From an uncultured Porphyromonadaceae bacterium (lineage in GTDB: Bacteria; Bacteroidota; Bacteroidia; Bacteroidales; Muribaculaceae): 64,000 nt of DNA. Location of the stretch: contig CAMWTJ010000004.1 of NCBI GenBank assembly GCA_947177185.1, forward strand, positions 32,175-96,174, written 5' to 3'. Shown here one piece after another: positions 26,952 through 37,122 of this stretch (position 1 is its first letter; every line of letters begins with the position of its first letter). Made by a program: the position numbers and the translations under genes. The notes below the pieces were generated by a model that saw nothing but the letters and a program-made list of their open reading frames with translations, was not told the origin of the DNA and did no database searches.

Positions 26952-28774
26952 TTCTTGCGTTTTACACCTTCGAGATTTTTGATGGCGGCGGCGGCGCGTT
27001 CATACAGAGCTGAAACCTCGGCCGCGGAGTGGTCGGGTGTGAACCGTGCCTGCTCGCACTCGTCGAGCACGCCGAGCACCTCCTGCGTGTCGGCCTCGCC
27101 GGCTCCATATTCCTGCAGGCGCGATGCGATGTTGTCGCGCAGCAGTTGCGACGGGGCGATGCCGAGCTTGTCGCTCACATATCCCCACATGGCGCGTGCC
27201 AGCTCCTGGTAGAACTCGTCGTTTTGGCCGCTCTGCATGTAGCCGCGTGCTGCGCGCAGGCGTTTGAGGGCCACACGGCTGGCGCGTGCCAGGCGGCGTC
27301 CGCCCACATCGGCGCGCAGACGCAGAGTCCGGCGGTAGGCGAGCACTGCCCCTACAAGCAGCAGCACCACCAGCGCGTATGCCGCCCAGTAGAGCGCATG
27401 GCCGAACACCTGACGTCCGGGCGCGGCCAGTGTGGCCGGCGACGTGTGTATGTGGCGTATGTCGGTGATGGTGTTGCTGATGGCGCGTTGCTCGCTTCCG
27501 AGCACGGATGTGGACGCGCCTCGCACCACATCGACCGTGTAACTGCGGGTGTCGAGCGTCACGTATTTCTTCTCACTCGGATTGAAATATACGAACGGAC
27601 GTCCCGGTATGGTGGTCTTGCCGGGCTCCTGCGGCACTATGGTGTAGTCCACGCGGTAGGTTCCGCTCATATCGGCGCCGCTCACGGCTGCGGATATGTC
27701 GGTCTTCGGCGTATAGCGGTCTATGCCGGCTGGAAACTGTATTTCGGGTGCGGTAAGGTATTTGATGTTGCCGGTACCCTTTATGATGTAGGAGTACGTG
27801 GCGGCCTCGTTGGTGCGCAGCACCTCGGGGTTCAGGTCGGTGCTCACGGTGAATGTGCCTACGGCGCCGTCGAAGCCTTCGGGGCGCGGTTCGGGCAAGG
27901 CCTCCACGGTGAGCTGGGCCTGGTTGCTGTTGGTCGTTACGGTCTGCTGCACGGGGCGGCGGGTCATGAAGTAGCCCATGTTGACTGTTTCATACGTGCG
28001 CACCACCACGTCGTATTGCCCGGAGTTTACAGTCAGGCGTCCTGATTTCTGCGGATAAAGCAGGCAGCGTTTCAGCACGGCCGTGGTGTAGTTGCGTCCG
28101 TTGTAGTGCTCGGTTTCGGGCTCCAGCGACACCGGCAGCTCCTCGGAGAGGAAACCCTCGAACACCGGCTGTTTCTTGGGCATTATCTGCGTGATATCGT
28201 TGGTGGTGTACACCTTGATGGTCGCGATTACGGCTTCCTGTTCGTACACATGGCTTTTGTTGAACGTGATGCGGATGAGCAGGTCGTCGGGCGATATGCG
28301 CTGTGATGCTTCGGCCGGTTCGTCGGCGCGCGCGGTGTTGCCGCCGTTTTGTTGCGGAGCGGTTCCGGGACGCGTGCGGTCGGGAGGCAAAATCTTGAAC
28401 GATACGGCTTTGCTGCTTATGCTCTGGCCGTTGGCACTTACGCTCACGGCCGGCACATGGACTGTGCCTGCTTTGTCGGCCGAATATATGAAGGAGTAGT
28501 CCACGCTCGAGGTCGAACTCATGCGTCCGTTGATTATCTCGGTGCTCTGCATGGTCGATACCGACGGGCCGTACAGCAGTGTGCAGCCCTCGAGTTCAGG
28601 CGCTTTCGGAGCGTTGGCGTCGCCGTTGGTCAGGCGGAATGTGAGGCTGAATTTGCGTCCTTCCACTACGTTGCCGGGCGGTATCACCTTGAATGATGCC
28701 TGAGCCGATGCCACTATGGCGCAAAGTGCCGTAAAAGCAATCAGTAGTGCTGTGCGCATGCGGGATTTTGTCAT
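26948..28774 (-). CDS. batD: BatD
   Basis: LYGPSVSTMQSTEIING, LLYPQKSGRL, FDGAVGTF; operon position. Confidence 0.85.
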   Translation of the reverse strand: MTKSRMRTALLIAFTALCAIVASAQASFKVIPPGNVVEGRKFSLTFRLTNGDANAPKAPELEGCTLLYGPSVSTMQSTEIINGRMSSTSSVDYSFIYSADKAGTVHVPAVSVSANGQSISSKAVSFKILPPDRTRPGTAPQQNGGNTARADEPAEASQRISPDDLLIRITFNKSHVYEQEAVIATIKVYTTNDITQIMPKKQPVFEGFLSEELPVSLEPETEHYNGRNYTTAVLKRCLLYPQKSGRLTVNSGQYDVVVRTYETVNMGYFMTRRPVQQTVTTNSNQAQLTVEALPEPRPEGFDGAVGTFTVSTDLNPEVLRTNEAATYSYIIKGTGNIKYLTAPEIQFPAGIDRYTPKTDISAAVSGADMSGTYRVDYTIVPQEPGKTTIPGRPFVYFNPSEKKYVTLDTRSYTVDVVRGASTSVLGSEQRAISNTITDIRHIHTSPATLAAPGRQVFGHALYWAAYALVVLLLVGAVLAYRRTLRLRADVGGRRLARASRVALKRLRAARGYMQSGQNDEFYQELARAMWGYVSDKLGIAPSQLLRDNIASRLQEYGAGEADTQEVLGVLDECEQARFTPDHSAAEVSALYERAAAAIKNLEGVKRKK

Positions 28775-28787
28775 GTCTGTGATGATA

Positions 28788-29522
28788 TTACCAGGGTTTG
28801 TCTGTGGATGGGCGTCCGGGTTGAGCGGGCTCTTTCTGCTTGCGTCGCGTGGCGTTTTCTTTGTTCTGCATGGCCTGCAGTATCTGTTCCGCGCTCTGCG
28901 TCATTGGCTGCTGTTGTTGCTGCTGTTGCTGCTGCTCCTGCTCTTGCTGTTGTTGTTCCTGCTGCTGTTGTTGCTGTTGCTGTTGTTGCTGCTGTTTGTC
29001 CTGGTCTTGGTTCTGATCCTGGTTTTGCTGTTCCTGCTGCTTCAACTGTGCAAGACGCAGGTTCTGGCGTGTATTGTTGTTGTCGGGGTTTATGCGCAGT
29101 GCCTGTTTGTAGCGTTCGATGCTTTGGGCATAGTCCTGGTCGTTATAGGCAAGGTTGCCGAGGTTGTAGAACGCTTTTTCCGCAAGAGCGCTGTCGGTGC
29201 GTTCGCACGTCTGCGCCACCTGCTGCAGCATCTGTATGGCCTGTGCCCGAGGGTCGTTTTCGCTGCCTTTGGTGTCTTCGCCGGCCATATTGATAAGGGC
29301 GAGCGCTTTGTTGTATGCGGCTATTTGCGAGGCGGGGTTCAGCTGCAGCGCCACCTCGTAGTTTTCGAGCGCTTTGGCATAATTCCCGTCGTAGAAGAAT
29401 TCGTTGCCCTGCCGCACGGCGTTGCGCTCCGCTTTTGTGGTCGCGGAGGCGGTGGCCTGCGCCGAGGCCGAGAAGGCCGAGGCTGCGAACAGGGATATGG
29501 CGATAAGAACTGTCTGTTTCAT
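28788..29522 (-). CDS. batC: BatC (TPR + poly-Gln)
   Basis: FYNLGN, YKQALRINP, QNLRLAQ, poly-Q, AEQILQAM, C-terminal DKPW. Confidence 0.85.
   Translation of the reverse strand: MKQTVLIAISLFAASAFSASAQATASATTKAERNAVRQGNEFFYDGNYAKALENYEVALQLNPASQIAAYNKALALINMAGEDTKGSENDPRAQAIQMLQQVAQTCERTDSALAEKAFYNLGNLAYNDQDYAQSIERYKQALRINPDNNNTRQNLRLAQLKQQEQQNQDQNQDQDKQQQQQQQQQQQQEQQQQEQEQQQQQQQQQPMTQSAEQILQAMQNKENATRRKQKEPAQPGRPSTDKPW
28902..29045. repeat. CAG/CAA trinucleotide tract (poly-Gln) in batC
   Basis: Runs of ctg/ttg on the plus strand. Confidence 0.85.
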
Positions 29523-30565
29523 TTTTTCTCCTTTTTAGTGAAGAAATTGATTTGGTCGAGCCATCCGATTTTGCGCTCGAGCACGAGCAGGTCTATTACG
29601 AGCATGATCAGTGCTATCCATGCAAACGTGGGGAACTGTTCGGCGCCGGCGCTATAGCTGACGCGGTTGAATTCCGATTTCTCAAGCGTGTTGAGTCTTT
29701 CGTCCAGATCTTCAAGCGCCGAGCCGGATGCGGCGTTTACGTAGATGCCTCCACCGGCTTCGGCAAGCTGGCGTCCGAGTTCCTCGTTGATGGATGTGGT
29801 GACTACGTTGCCCTGCATGTCGCGCATGTATTCGCCTTTGTGTCCGGGCATCGGTATGGGGGCGCCTTTGGCGGAGCCTACGCCCACTATGTTCACCTGG
29901 ATTCCGTTTTCTCTGGCGAGGCGCACGGCGTCGATGGCTTCGCCCTCGTGGTCCTCGCTGTCGGTAATCAGTATGATGGCTTTTTGGGTGTTTTCGTCGG
30001 GAGAAAATCCGTTCATAGCCATGTTTATGGCCCCGGAGATATCGGTGCCCTGGTTGGCCATCATGCCTGGATGCAGCTCGTTGAGGTACATTTTGGCGGA
30101 ATAGAAATCGGTGGTGAGCGGCAGCTGTGTCTTGGCGTCGCCGGCAAATATCACAAGGCCCACTTTGTCGTTGTGCAGCCGGTCTATCAGCTTCTCGAGC
30201 ACCAGGCGCGAGCGGTCGAGGCGCGAGATGCCTGCGGGGTCGTCGCTGGCCGAAGCGAGCATAGAGTTGCTGACGTCGAATGCTATCATTACTTCTATGC
30301 CGTCCACGCGCGCTTCCTGTTCTTTCTGTCCGGCCCGCGGGCGTGCGAGCACGATGACTATGGCTGCCAGCGCTATGATTTCGAGCACTATCTTGATGGC
30401 CGCCTTGTAGCGCGATGCCTCGGGCATCAGTGAGGCTATCACCTCCTGGCGTCCGAATCGGCGCAGTTTGCGGCGTCGCGATGCGCGCGCCAGGGCAAAC
30501 AGCACAGCCACAGCCACGCAGGTGGCGAGCAGGTATAGCAGATGTGGATTCGCAAAGTCAAACAT
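29519..30565 (-). CDS. batB: BatB (VWA domain)
   Basis: MIDAS motif FDVSNSM, PLTTD and ILITDSEDHEG. Confidence 0.85.
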   Translation of the reverse strand: MFDFANPHLLYLLATCVAVAVLFALARASRRRKLRRFGRQEVIASLMPEASRYKAAIKIVLEIIALAAIVIVLARPRAGQKEQEARVDGIEVMIAFDVSNSMLASASDDPAGISRLDRSRLVLEKLIDRLHNDKVGLVIFAGDAKTQLPLTTDFYSAKMYLNELHPGMMANQGTDISGAINMAMNGFSPDENTQKAIILITDSEDHEGEAIDAVRLARENGIQVNIVGVGSAKGAPIPMPGHKGEYMRDMQGNVVTTSINEELGRQLAEAGGGIYVNAASGSALEDLDERLNTLEKSEFNRVSYSAGAEQFPTFAWIALIMLVIDLLVLERKIGWLDQINFFTKKEKK

Positions 30566-30598
30566 ATATGGTAATGCGTTTTGTACGGGTGGATGGTG

Positions 30599-31585
30599 TT
30601 ATGGCATGGTGCGCACCACGGTGTAGCGCAGCAGCAGTTCGATGGCAAACAGAGCGAAGGCAAGCCATGCCCACAGCATGTAGTTGTCCTCGGTGTGGGA
30701 GAAATGGCGCACGTCCATCTGGGTTTTTTCAAGGGCGTCTATCTCGTCGAACACTTCCTGCAGCACGCGGTTGCCGGTGGCGCGGAAATATTTTCCGCCT
30801 GTGCTCTCGGCCACAGTGCGCAGCGTGGCCTCGTCGATCACCACTTTCTGCGGAGCGAACACCATGCGGCCGAATTCGTTGAGCATGGGCGACGGAGCCT
30901 CGCCATTGGTGCCGATGCCGATAGTGTAGATTTTCACTCCCAGCTCCTGCGCCACGCGAGTGGCGTCGAGCGGTGTCACCACGCCGGTGTTGTTGCTGCC
31001 GTCGGTGAGCAGTATGATGCTTTTGCTCTTGGCTTTTCCTTCCTTAAGGCGGTTGAGGGCAGTGGCTATGCCGTCGCCTATGGCGGTGCCGTCCTCAAGC
31101 ATGTTCATGTTGATGGAGTTGATGTAGCTCAGCAGCTGCGCGCGGTCTACGGTCATGGGCACACCCGTAAGGCTTTCGCCGGCGAAAATCACGACGCCGA
31201 TATTGTCGTTTTCGCGTGCGCTGACGAATTTGGCTGCCACGTTCTTGGCCGCTTCGAGGCGGTCGGGGTTGAAATCGCGCGCCAGCATGCTCGTGGATAT
31301 GTCCATCGCTATCATGATGTCGGTGCCTTCGGTGCGTGTGGTGCGCCAGTTGTCCTTCAGCTGCGGGCGTGCGAGCACGATTATCAGGCAGCCTATGGCG
31401 GCCATGCGCAGCACAAACAGCAGATGTCGCACCCATTGCTTCCACGACACAGGCATCTTGGCGAACGCGTGCGTGGAAGATATTGCCATGTAGGGCCGCG
31501 AATTGCGCTGTTTCATCACGTACCACACGGTCATGGGCACGAACAGCAAAAACAGCCAGAGATATTGTGGATGGGCTAATTGCAT
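30599..31585 (-). CDS. batA: BatA (VWA domain)
   Basis: MDISTSMLARDFNPDRLEAAK, GTAIGDGIATALNRL and ILLTDGSNNTG. Confidence 0.9.
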   Translation of the reverse strand: MQLAHPQYLWLFLLFVPMTVWYVMKQRNSRPYMAISSTHAFAKMPVSWKQWVRHLLFVLRMAAIGCLIIVLARPQLKDNWRTTRTEGTDIMIAMDISTSMLARDFNPDRLEAAKNVAAKFVSARENDNIGVVIFAGESLTGVPMTVDRAQLLSYINSINMNMLEDGTAIGDGIATALNRLKEGKAKSKSIILLTDGSNNTGVVTPLDATRVAQELGVKIYTIGIGTNGEAPSPMLNEFGRMVFAPQKVVIDEATLRTVAESTGGKYFRATGNRVLQEVFDEIDALEKTQMDVRHFSHTEDNYMLWAWLAFALFAIELLLRYTVVRTMP

Positions 31586-31590
31586 TGCGG

Positions 31591-32553
31591 TCAGCTGTTT
31601 TTAGGGGTTTCTTTTTCCGCTTCCGCCGGTTCTGGAGCCGGCTTGGTGTCTTCAACGAACGTCAGGGCGGAGTTGTAGGCCTTGACGTTATCGTCGGGCA
31701 GCGGTCGCATTTTGGCGAATTTGACGAAGTCGGCCACCTCAAGCACGTCTTGCATGCGCTCGGCGCTCATGCGCGTGGCTTCGTTGTGGCGCAGCGTGCG
31801 CATGATTTCAGTCGACGGCATTTCCATGGCGTTGATGCCGAACCGTCCGTCGAGATACTGGCGCAGAATGTCGGTCAGCTCCGTGTAATATTCTTTTTCG
31901 CGGCCATTTTCGGTGAGGCGGCGTTCGCGCAGCTGTCCGAGGCGGCGCATTGCCAGTTCGTAAGGCGGTACCACACGCTTGCGGCGCACTACCACCGTGC
32001 CTCCGCGGCGCCAGTAGAGCCATCCGGCCACAGCTGCCGCAATCAGACCCAGGCCGAGCAGTATCCAGGGCCAATAGTCGCTGGCCCATTGCGGAACCCA
32101 GTCGTACCACCGTGCGGGGTAGGCCACAGGGCCCTCCATCGGATGGATTTCTGTGAGTGAATCAAGCTCGACGGGCAGCACTTTAAGCACGAGCGGGCGG
32201 CTCTCGGCAGTGTCGGTGCCGCTTGCCACGCGCAGCGGGGGTAGGGTGACGGTGTCGGGGTCAAACGGCTGCAGGGTCAACGTATAGACGGTTTCGCGCC
32301 GGCCGTTTCCAAGGTCGGACGCCTGGCTGCTTATATCGGACACGTCCACTCCGCCCAGTTGGCCGCCTTTTTCGGGCCATTGCACAGGCGTGGCGTCGGC
32401 CGGACCGAGCACACGCACGCGCAGAGCGGTGCGATAGCCCTGTGTCATCACGGCCGAGTCAAGTTCGGCTGTCACTTTCACTCCCTGAGCCTGTGTGGCG
32501 AGGGCCGAAGCGAAGGCCAGGGCGACCGTTATTATGATGTGTGCTAACTTCAT
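31591..32553 (-). CDS. Conserved bat-operon membrane protein
   Basis: Signal peptide, beta domain, TM, then YYTELTDILRQYLDGRFGINAMEM and ADFVKFAK. Confidence 0.75.
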   Translation of the reverse strand: MKLAHIIITVALAFASALATQAQGVKVTAELDSAVMTQGYRTALRVRVLGPADATPVQWPEKGGQLGGVDVSDISSQASDLGNGRRETVYTLTLQPFDPDTVTLPPLRVASGTDTAESRPLVLKVLPVELDSLTEIHPMEGPVAYPARWYDWVPQWASDYWPWILLGLGLIAAAVAGWLYWRRGGTVVVRRKRVVPPYELAMRRLGQLRERRLTENGREKEYYTELTDILRQYLDGRFGINAMEMPSTEIMRTLRHNEATRMSAERMQDVLEVADFVKFAKMRPLPDDNVKAYNSALTFVEDTKPAPEPAEAEKETPKNS

Positions 32554-32573
32554 ATTATATTAATGTATCAGCG

Positions 32574-33449
32574 TCAGCGTGTGCCGCGGTTTTTGAAGAG
32601 TCCCATCAGAGAGCGCACGTAGTCTTCGTCGGTGGCCACGCTTGCGAAATCCACCCGTCGGCTGCGCAGCGTTTCTGCCATATGCTGCTGGCGGTCGTAC
32701 CACCATCGGCCGTAGGCCTTGCGCACTTTCGAACTGGATGTGTCAATCCATCGCGACGCCCCTGTTTCGAGGTCGAGCACACGCATGAGTCCCACGTCGG
32801 GCATCTGCGTGTCGCGCTTGTCGTACACCTGCAGGGCTATAACGTCGTGGCGGTTGCGCGCCACGGCCAGCGGTTTCGAATAGTCGTGCTCGTCAATGAA
32901 ATCGGATATCAGGAACGTGGTGCAGCGTTTTTTCATGGCGTCGGCGAAATAACGCAGCGCCGCGCCTATGTCGGTGCCTCTGCTTTCGGGCTTGAAATCG
33001 AGCAGCTCGCGTATGATGAGCAATATGTGCTTTCGGCCCTTCTGCGGAGGTATGAACTTCTCTATGCGGTCTGAGAAGAACAGCGCGCCTATCTTGTCGT
33101 TGTTCTGCGATGCCGAAAACGCTATGGTGGCGGCGATTTCGGCTATCATTTCGCGCTTTTCCTCGCCCACAGCGCCGAAATAGCGGCTGCCCGACACGTC
33201 GACGAGCAGCATGACGGTGAGCTCTCGCTCTTCCTCGTACACCTTTATGTACGGGTGGTTGTGACGGGCTGTCACGTTCCAGTCTATGTCGCGGATGTCG
33301 TCGCCGTACTGGTACTCGCGCACTTCCGAAAACATCATGCCGCGGCCTTTGAATGCCGAGTGGTACTCGCCGGCGAAGATGTTCTGCGACAGTCCGCGGG
33401 TCTTTATTTCAATCTTGCGAACTTTTTTGAGCAAATCTTTTGCGTCCAT
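32574..33449 (-). CDS. DUF58-family protein
   Basis: GEYHSAFKGRGMMFSEVREYQYGDDIRDIDWNVTAR. Confidence 0.92.
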   Translation of the reverse strand: MDAKDLLKKVRKIEIKTRGLSQNIFAGEYHSAFKGRGMMFSEVREYQYGDDIRDIDWNVTARHNHPYIKVYEEERELTVMLLVDVSGSRYFGAVGEEKREMIAEIAATIAFSASQNNDKIGALFFSDRIEKFIPPQKGRKHILLIIRELLDFKPESRGTDIGAALRYFADAMKKRCTTFLISDFIDEHDYSKPLAVARNRHDVIALQVYDKRDTQMPDVGLMRVLDLETGASRWIDTSSSKVRKAYGRWWYDRQQHMAETLRSRRVDFASVATDEDYVRSLMGLFKNRGTR

Positions 33450-33475
33450 GTTTCGGAGCTTGCGTCAATAGTGGG

Positions 33476-34471
33476 TTAGGGCACTTGCACTTTGTCGAGA
33501 ATCTCGGTGATGATCTCGTCGGTGGTGATATTGTTGGCTTCGGCCTCGTAGGTGACGCCGATACGGTGGCGCAACACGTCGTGGCTGACAGCGATGACGT
33601 CCTCGGGAATCACGTAGCCGCGCTGGTGGAGGAACGCGTAGGCACGCGCCGCCTTGGCCAGGGAAATCGATGCACGGGGCGAGGCGCCGAAAGCGATGAT
33701 GCCGGTCAGGTCGTTCAGCCCGTAGTCGGCCGGGAAGCGTGTGGCGAACACGAGGTCGACGATATAGCGCTCGATTTTTTCGTCCACGTATATCTGTTCC
33801 ACCACTTTCTGTGCAGCCGTCACTTCTTCAGGCTTGAGCAGGGGCTCGATGTGGGGGCGTTCGCCGGTGATGTTCTGCCGGATGATGATTTTTTCTTCGT
33901 CCTTGGTGGGATAGCCTATCACCACCTTGAGCAGGAAGCGGTCCACCTGTGCCTCGGGCAGGGGGTAGGTGCCTTCTTGCTCTATGGGGTTCTGCGTGGC
34001 CATCACCATGAAGGGCTGGTCGAGAGCAAAGGTGTTGTCGCCGATGGTCACCTGACGCTCCTGCATGGCTTCGAGAAGCGCGCTCTGCACTTTGGCGGGC
34101 GCGCGGTTGATTTCGTCGGCAAGCACGAAGTTGGCGAATATCGGGCCTTTTTTCACCTGAAACTGTTCGCTCTTTACGCTGTAGACCATAGTGCCCACGA
34201 CATCGGCGGGCAGCAGGTCGGGAGTAAACTGTATGCGGCTGTAGCGTGCGTCAATGAGCTGTGCGAGGGTCTTGATGGCGAGGGTCTTGGCCAGTCCCGG
34301 CACGCCTTCGAGCAGCACATGGCCGTTGCTCAGCAGGGCTATGAGAAGGCTCTCCACGAGGTGCTTCTGTCCCACGATGGTCTTGTCCATGCCATGGGTC
34401 ACAAGATTGATGAAATCGGCCTTGGAGGCTACCAGAGCATTGAGCTCGCGGATGTTGACGGATTCTCCCAT
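33476..34471 (-). CDS. moxR: MoxR-family AAA+ ATPase
   Basis: LLEGVPGLAKT, RIQFTPDLLPAD and LADEINRAPAKVQSALLEAM; start refined to 34471. Confidence 0.92.
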   Translation of the reverse strand: MGESVNIRELNALVASKADFINLVTHGMDKTIVGQKHLVESLLIALLSNGHVLLEGVPGLAKTLAIKTLAQLIDARYSRIQFTPDLLPADVVGTMVYSVKSEQFQVKKGPIFANFVLADEINRAPAKVQSALLEAMQERQVTIGDNTFALDQPFMVMATQNPIEQEGTYPLPEAQVDRFLLKVVIGYPTKDEEKIIIRQNITGERPHIEPLLKPEEVTAAQKVVEQIYVDEKIERYIVDLVFATRFPADYGLNDLTGIIAFGASPRASISLAKAARAYAFLHQRGYVIPEDVIAVSHDVLRHRIGVTYEAEANNITTDEIITEILDKVQVP

Positions 34472-34679
34472 AATGTGTATATGTATGTTTGTTTTGTTAT
34501 ATGCGCGGTTATTTGCATACAAAATTACTACTATAACAAGAAACCGTCTACCGCCGAGTGTTAATTTTAGCTATTTTTCGTTGTGTTCACTGAAACTTTA
34601 ACTTAATTTAGGACATCGCGCACTCCGCCCCGCCGGAATATGGTTAATTTCGCAGACAAACCCTGATGAACCCTGTTTT

Positions 34680-35684
34680 ATGATTAATGAAGTATATGCC
34701 GCGGCCGCCGACCGCTATGCCGCAGGCTCTATGCCTTATCGCCGCTGTGGACGCAGCGGAATCCTGCTGCCGGCTGTCAGCCTCGGACTGTGGCAGAATT
34801 TCGGCGACACCGCGCCGCTGGAGCGCAGCCGCGAGATGGTGCGCTATGCTTTCGACCACGGCGTGACGCATTTCGACCTGGCCAATAACTACGGGCCTTC
34901 GTATGGCTCGGCGGAAGAAACCTTCGGCCGCATCATGCACTCCGACATGCGTCCGTATCGCCACGAAATGTTTATATCCACAAAGGCCGGCTACGATATG
35001 TGGCCGGGACCGTATGGTGTGGGCGGTTCGCGCAAGTATCTGCTTACCTCGCTTGAGGAAAGTCTGCGCCGCATGCACCTCGACTACGTGGATGTGTTCT
35101 ACAGCCACCGCTTCGACCCTGACACACCTATCGGGGAAACCCTGCAGGCGCTTGTCGACGCAGTGCGCTCGGGCAAGGCTCTCTATGCGGGCATTTCCAA
35201 CTGGCCCGCCGCCGAGGCCGCACGCGCTTACGCCTATCTGGCAGCGCGCGATGTGCCGTGTCTGCTCTATCAGGGGCGTGCCAATATGCTCGACCGCGAT
35301 CGCATGGCCGGAGGCGAGTTGCAGGGGGCTGCCGACGCCGGAGCAGGCTTTATAGCGTTTTCTCCGCTTGCGCAGGGAGTGCTCACCGACCGCTATCTGC
35401 ATGGCATACCCGCCGACAGCCGTGCCGCGCAGCGGCGCACGCTTCCGCAGGAGCGTCTGTCCGACGAGCTTCTGGGGCGCGTGAGGCGGCTTGCCGACAT
35501 AGCTGCGGAGCGCGGGCAGAGCATGGCGCAGCTGGCCATATCATGGCTGCTGACCGATGTCCGCATAACATCCGTGATAGTGGGGGCGAGCTCCACCGCT
35601 CAGCTTGCCGACAATCTGAGGGCCGCTTCGGCTCCGCCGCTTACCCCGGAGGACATGCGGCGCGTAGAAGATATACTCGCCTGA
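34680..35684 (+). CDS. Aldo/keto reductase (L-glyceraldehyde-3-phosphate reductase-like)
   Basis: SLGLWQNFG, HFDLANNYGP, ISTKAGYDMWPGPYG and FYSHRFDP. Confidence 0.88.
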   Translation: MINEVYAAAADRYAAGSMPYRRCGRSGILLPAVSLGLWQNFGDTAPLERSREMVRYAFDHGVTHFDLANNYGPSYGSAEETFGRIMHSDMRPYRHEMFISTKAGYDMWPGPYGVGGSRKYLLTSLEESLRRMHLDYVDVFYSHRFDPDTPIGETLQALVDAVRSGKALYAGISNWPAAEAARAYAYLAARDVPCLLYQGRANMLDRDRMAGGELQGAADAGAGFIAFSPLAQGVLTDRYLHGIPADSRAAQRRTLPQERLSDELLGRVRRLADIAAERGQSMAQLAISWLLTDVRITSVIVGASSTAQLADNLRAASAPPLTPEDMRRVEDILA

Positions 35685-35703
35685 GCGGCGGGCGACGCGG
35701 GAG

Positions 35704-37104
35704 TCAGACGCTCTCCGACTGCCGCAGCGATTCTATGAAGCGGTCGATGCGGTGCAGCTCGCCGGGAATGTCGATTTGCTGCGGGCAGTGCGGTGCGCAC
35801 TGTCCGCAGCCTATGCAGTGCGAGGCCTGACGCTCGCGCGGCACCGCGCGGTCGTAGCCCACGAGGTAAGCGCGTCGGGCGCGCGCATAGTCGGCGTCCT
35901 GAAGCCCCGACGGTATGTTGCCTTCGTTGACGCATTTGTTGTAGTGCAGCAGCGTGGCGGGGATGTCGAGCCCGTACGGACACGGCATGCAGTACTTGCA
36001 GTCGTTGCACGGTATGGTTGGGTACTGCATCATCATGTCGGCAGTGTCGTACAGAAACTGCATCTCGTCCTCGTTCAGCGGCTTGAGCGGGCAGAAGGTG
36101 CGCAGATTGTCCTGCAGGTGCTCCATGTAGGTCATGCCGCTGAGCACCGTCATTACTCCCGGGTGTGTGCCGGCGAAGCGGAAAGCCCACGACGCCACGC
36201 TGCGCTCCGGCTCGCATTGCTTCAGTCGCGCCATAACGTGGTCGGGCACGCTTGCGAGCCGTCCGCCGAGCAGGGGCTCCATAATCACCGCCGGTATGTC
36301 GCGGCGCTCCAGTTCGCCGTAGAGGTACTCTGCGTTGGTGTTGCGCGGGTTCACGTCGGCTGCATGCCGCCAGTCCACGTAGTTTAGCTGTATCTGCACG
36401 AAATCCCATTTATAGCGGTCGTTCAGTGCCAGCAGGTAGTCGAACACCTCCACGTCGCCGTGGTACGAAAAACCGAGGTTGCGTATGCGCCCGGCCTCTC
36501 GTTCGGCCAGCAGAAAGTCGAGCACGCCGTTGTCGAGGTAGCGCCCCTTCAGAGCATCCATGCCGCCCATGCCTATGCCGTGAAGCAGCATGTAGTCTAT
36601 GTAGTCGGTCTGCAGCTTGCGCAGCGAGTCGCGGTACATGGCTACCGACGCCTCCCGGCTCCACGTCGGCGTAGCGAAATTGGAGAGTTTGGTGGCTATG
36701 AAATACGTGTCGCGCGGATGCCTTGCGAGGGCGATACCTGTGGCTTCTTCAGACTTTCCCTTGCAGTAGGCCGGCGACGTGTCGAAATAGTTCACCCCAT
36801 GCGCTATGGCGGTGTCGACAAGGCGGTTCACCTCCTCCTGGTCGATGGTGTCTTCGCCGTCGCGTGCGCTTGTGCCGGCTATTGTGGGCCAGCGCATGCA
36901 TCCGTAGCCGAGCAGCGACACTTTGTCGCCCGAATGTGGATTCGTTCGATAGGTCATGCTGTCGGTAGGAATGGGTTCTTGGGCGGAGTACGCGCCGGCG
37001 GTGTCGGAGGCGCGTGTGCATCCGGGCAGTCTGGTGGCGGCTACTGCGGCGGCGCCGATGCCGAGTCGGCGCAGAAATTCGCGGCGGTCTATGTTTTTGC
37101 TCAT
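35704..37104 (-). CDS. Aldo/keto reductase with C-terminal 4Fe-4S dicluster and twin-arginine leader
   Basis: DRREFL leader, LGYGCMRWP, NYFDTSPAY, CNDCKYCMPCP and CIGCGQCAPHCP. Confidence 0.85.
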   Translation of the reverse strand: MSKNIDRREFLRRLGIGAAAVAATRLPGCTRASDTAGAYSAQEPIPTDSMTYRTNPHSGDKVSLLGYGCMRWPTIAGTSARDGEDTIDQEEVNRLVDTAIAHGVNYFDTSPAYCKGKSEEATGIALARHPRDTYFIATKLSNFATPTWSREASVAMYRDSLRKLQTDYIDYMLLHGIGMGGMDALKGRYLDNGVLDFLLAEREAGRIRNLGFSYHGDVEVFDYLLALNDRYKWDFVQIQLNYVDWRHAADVNPRNTNAEYLYGELERRDIPAVIMEPLLGGRLASVPDHVMARLKQCEPERSVASWAFRFAGTHPGVMTVLSGMTYMEHLQDNLRTFCPLKPLNEDEMQFLYDTADMMMQYPTIPCNDCKYCMPCPYGLDIPATLLHYNKCVNEGNIPSGLQDADYARARRAYLVGYDRAVPRERQASHCIGCGQCAPHCPQQIDIPGELHRIDRFIESLRQSESV

Positions 37105-37122
37105 GGTGTGGTGAACGGGGCT

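Noticed and set aside
26172-34471. moxR-DUF58-batABCDE as a novel system
   Set aside because: This is the known, conserved Bacteroidetes aerotolerance operon in its usual order.
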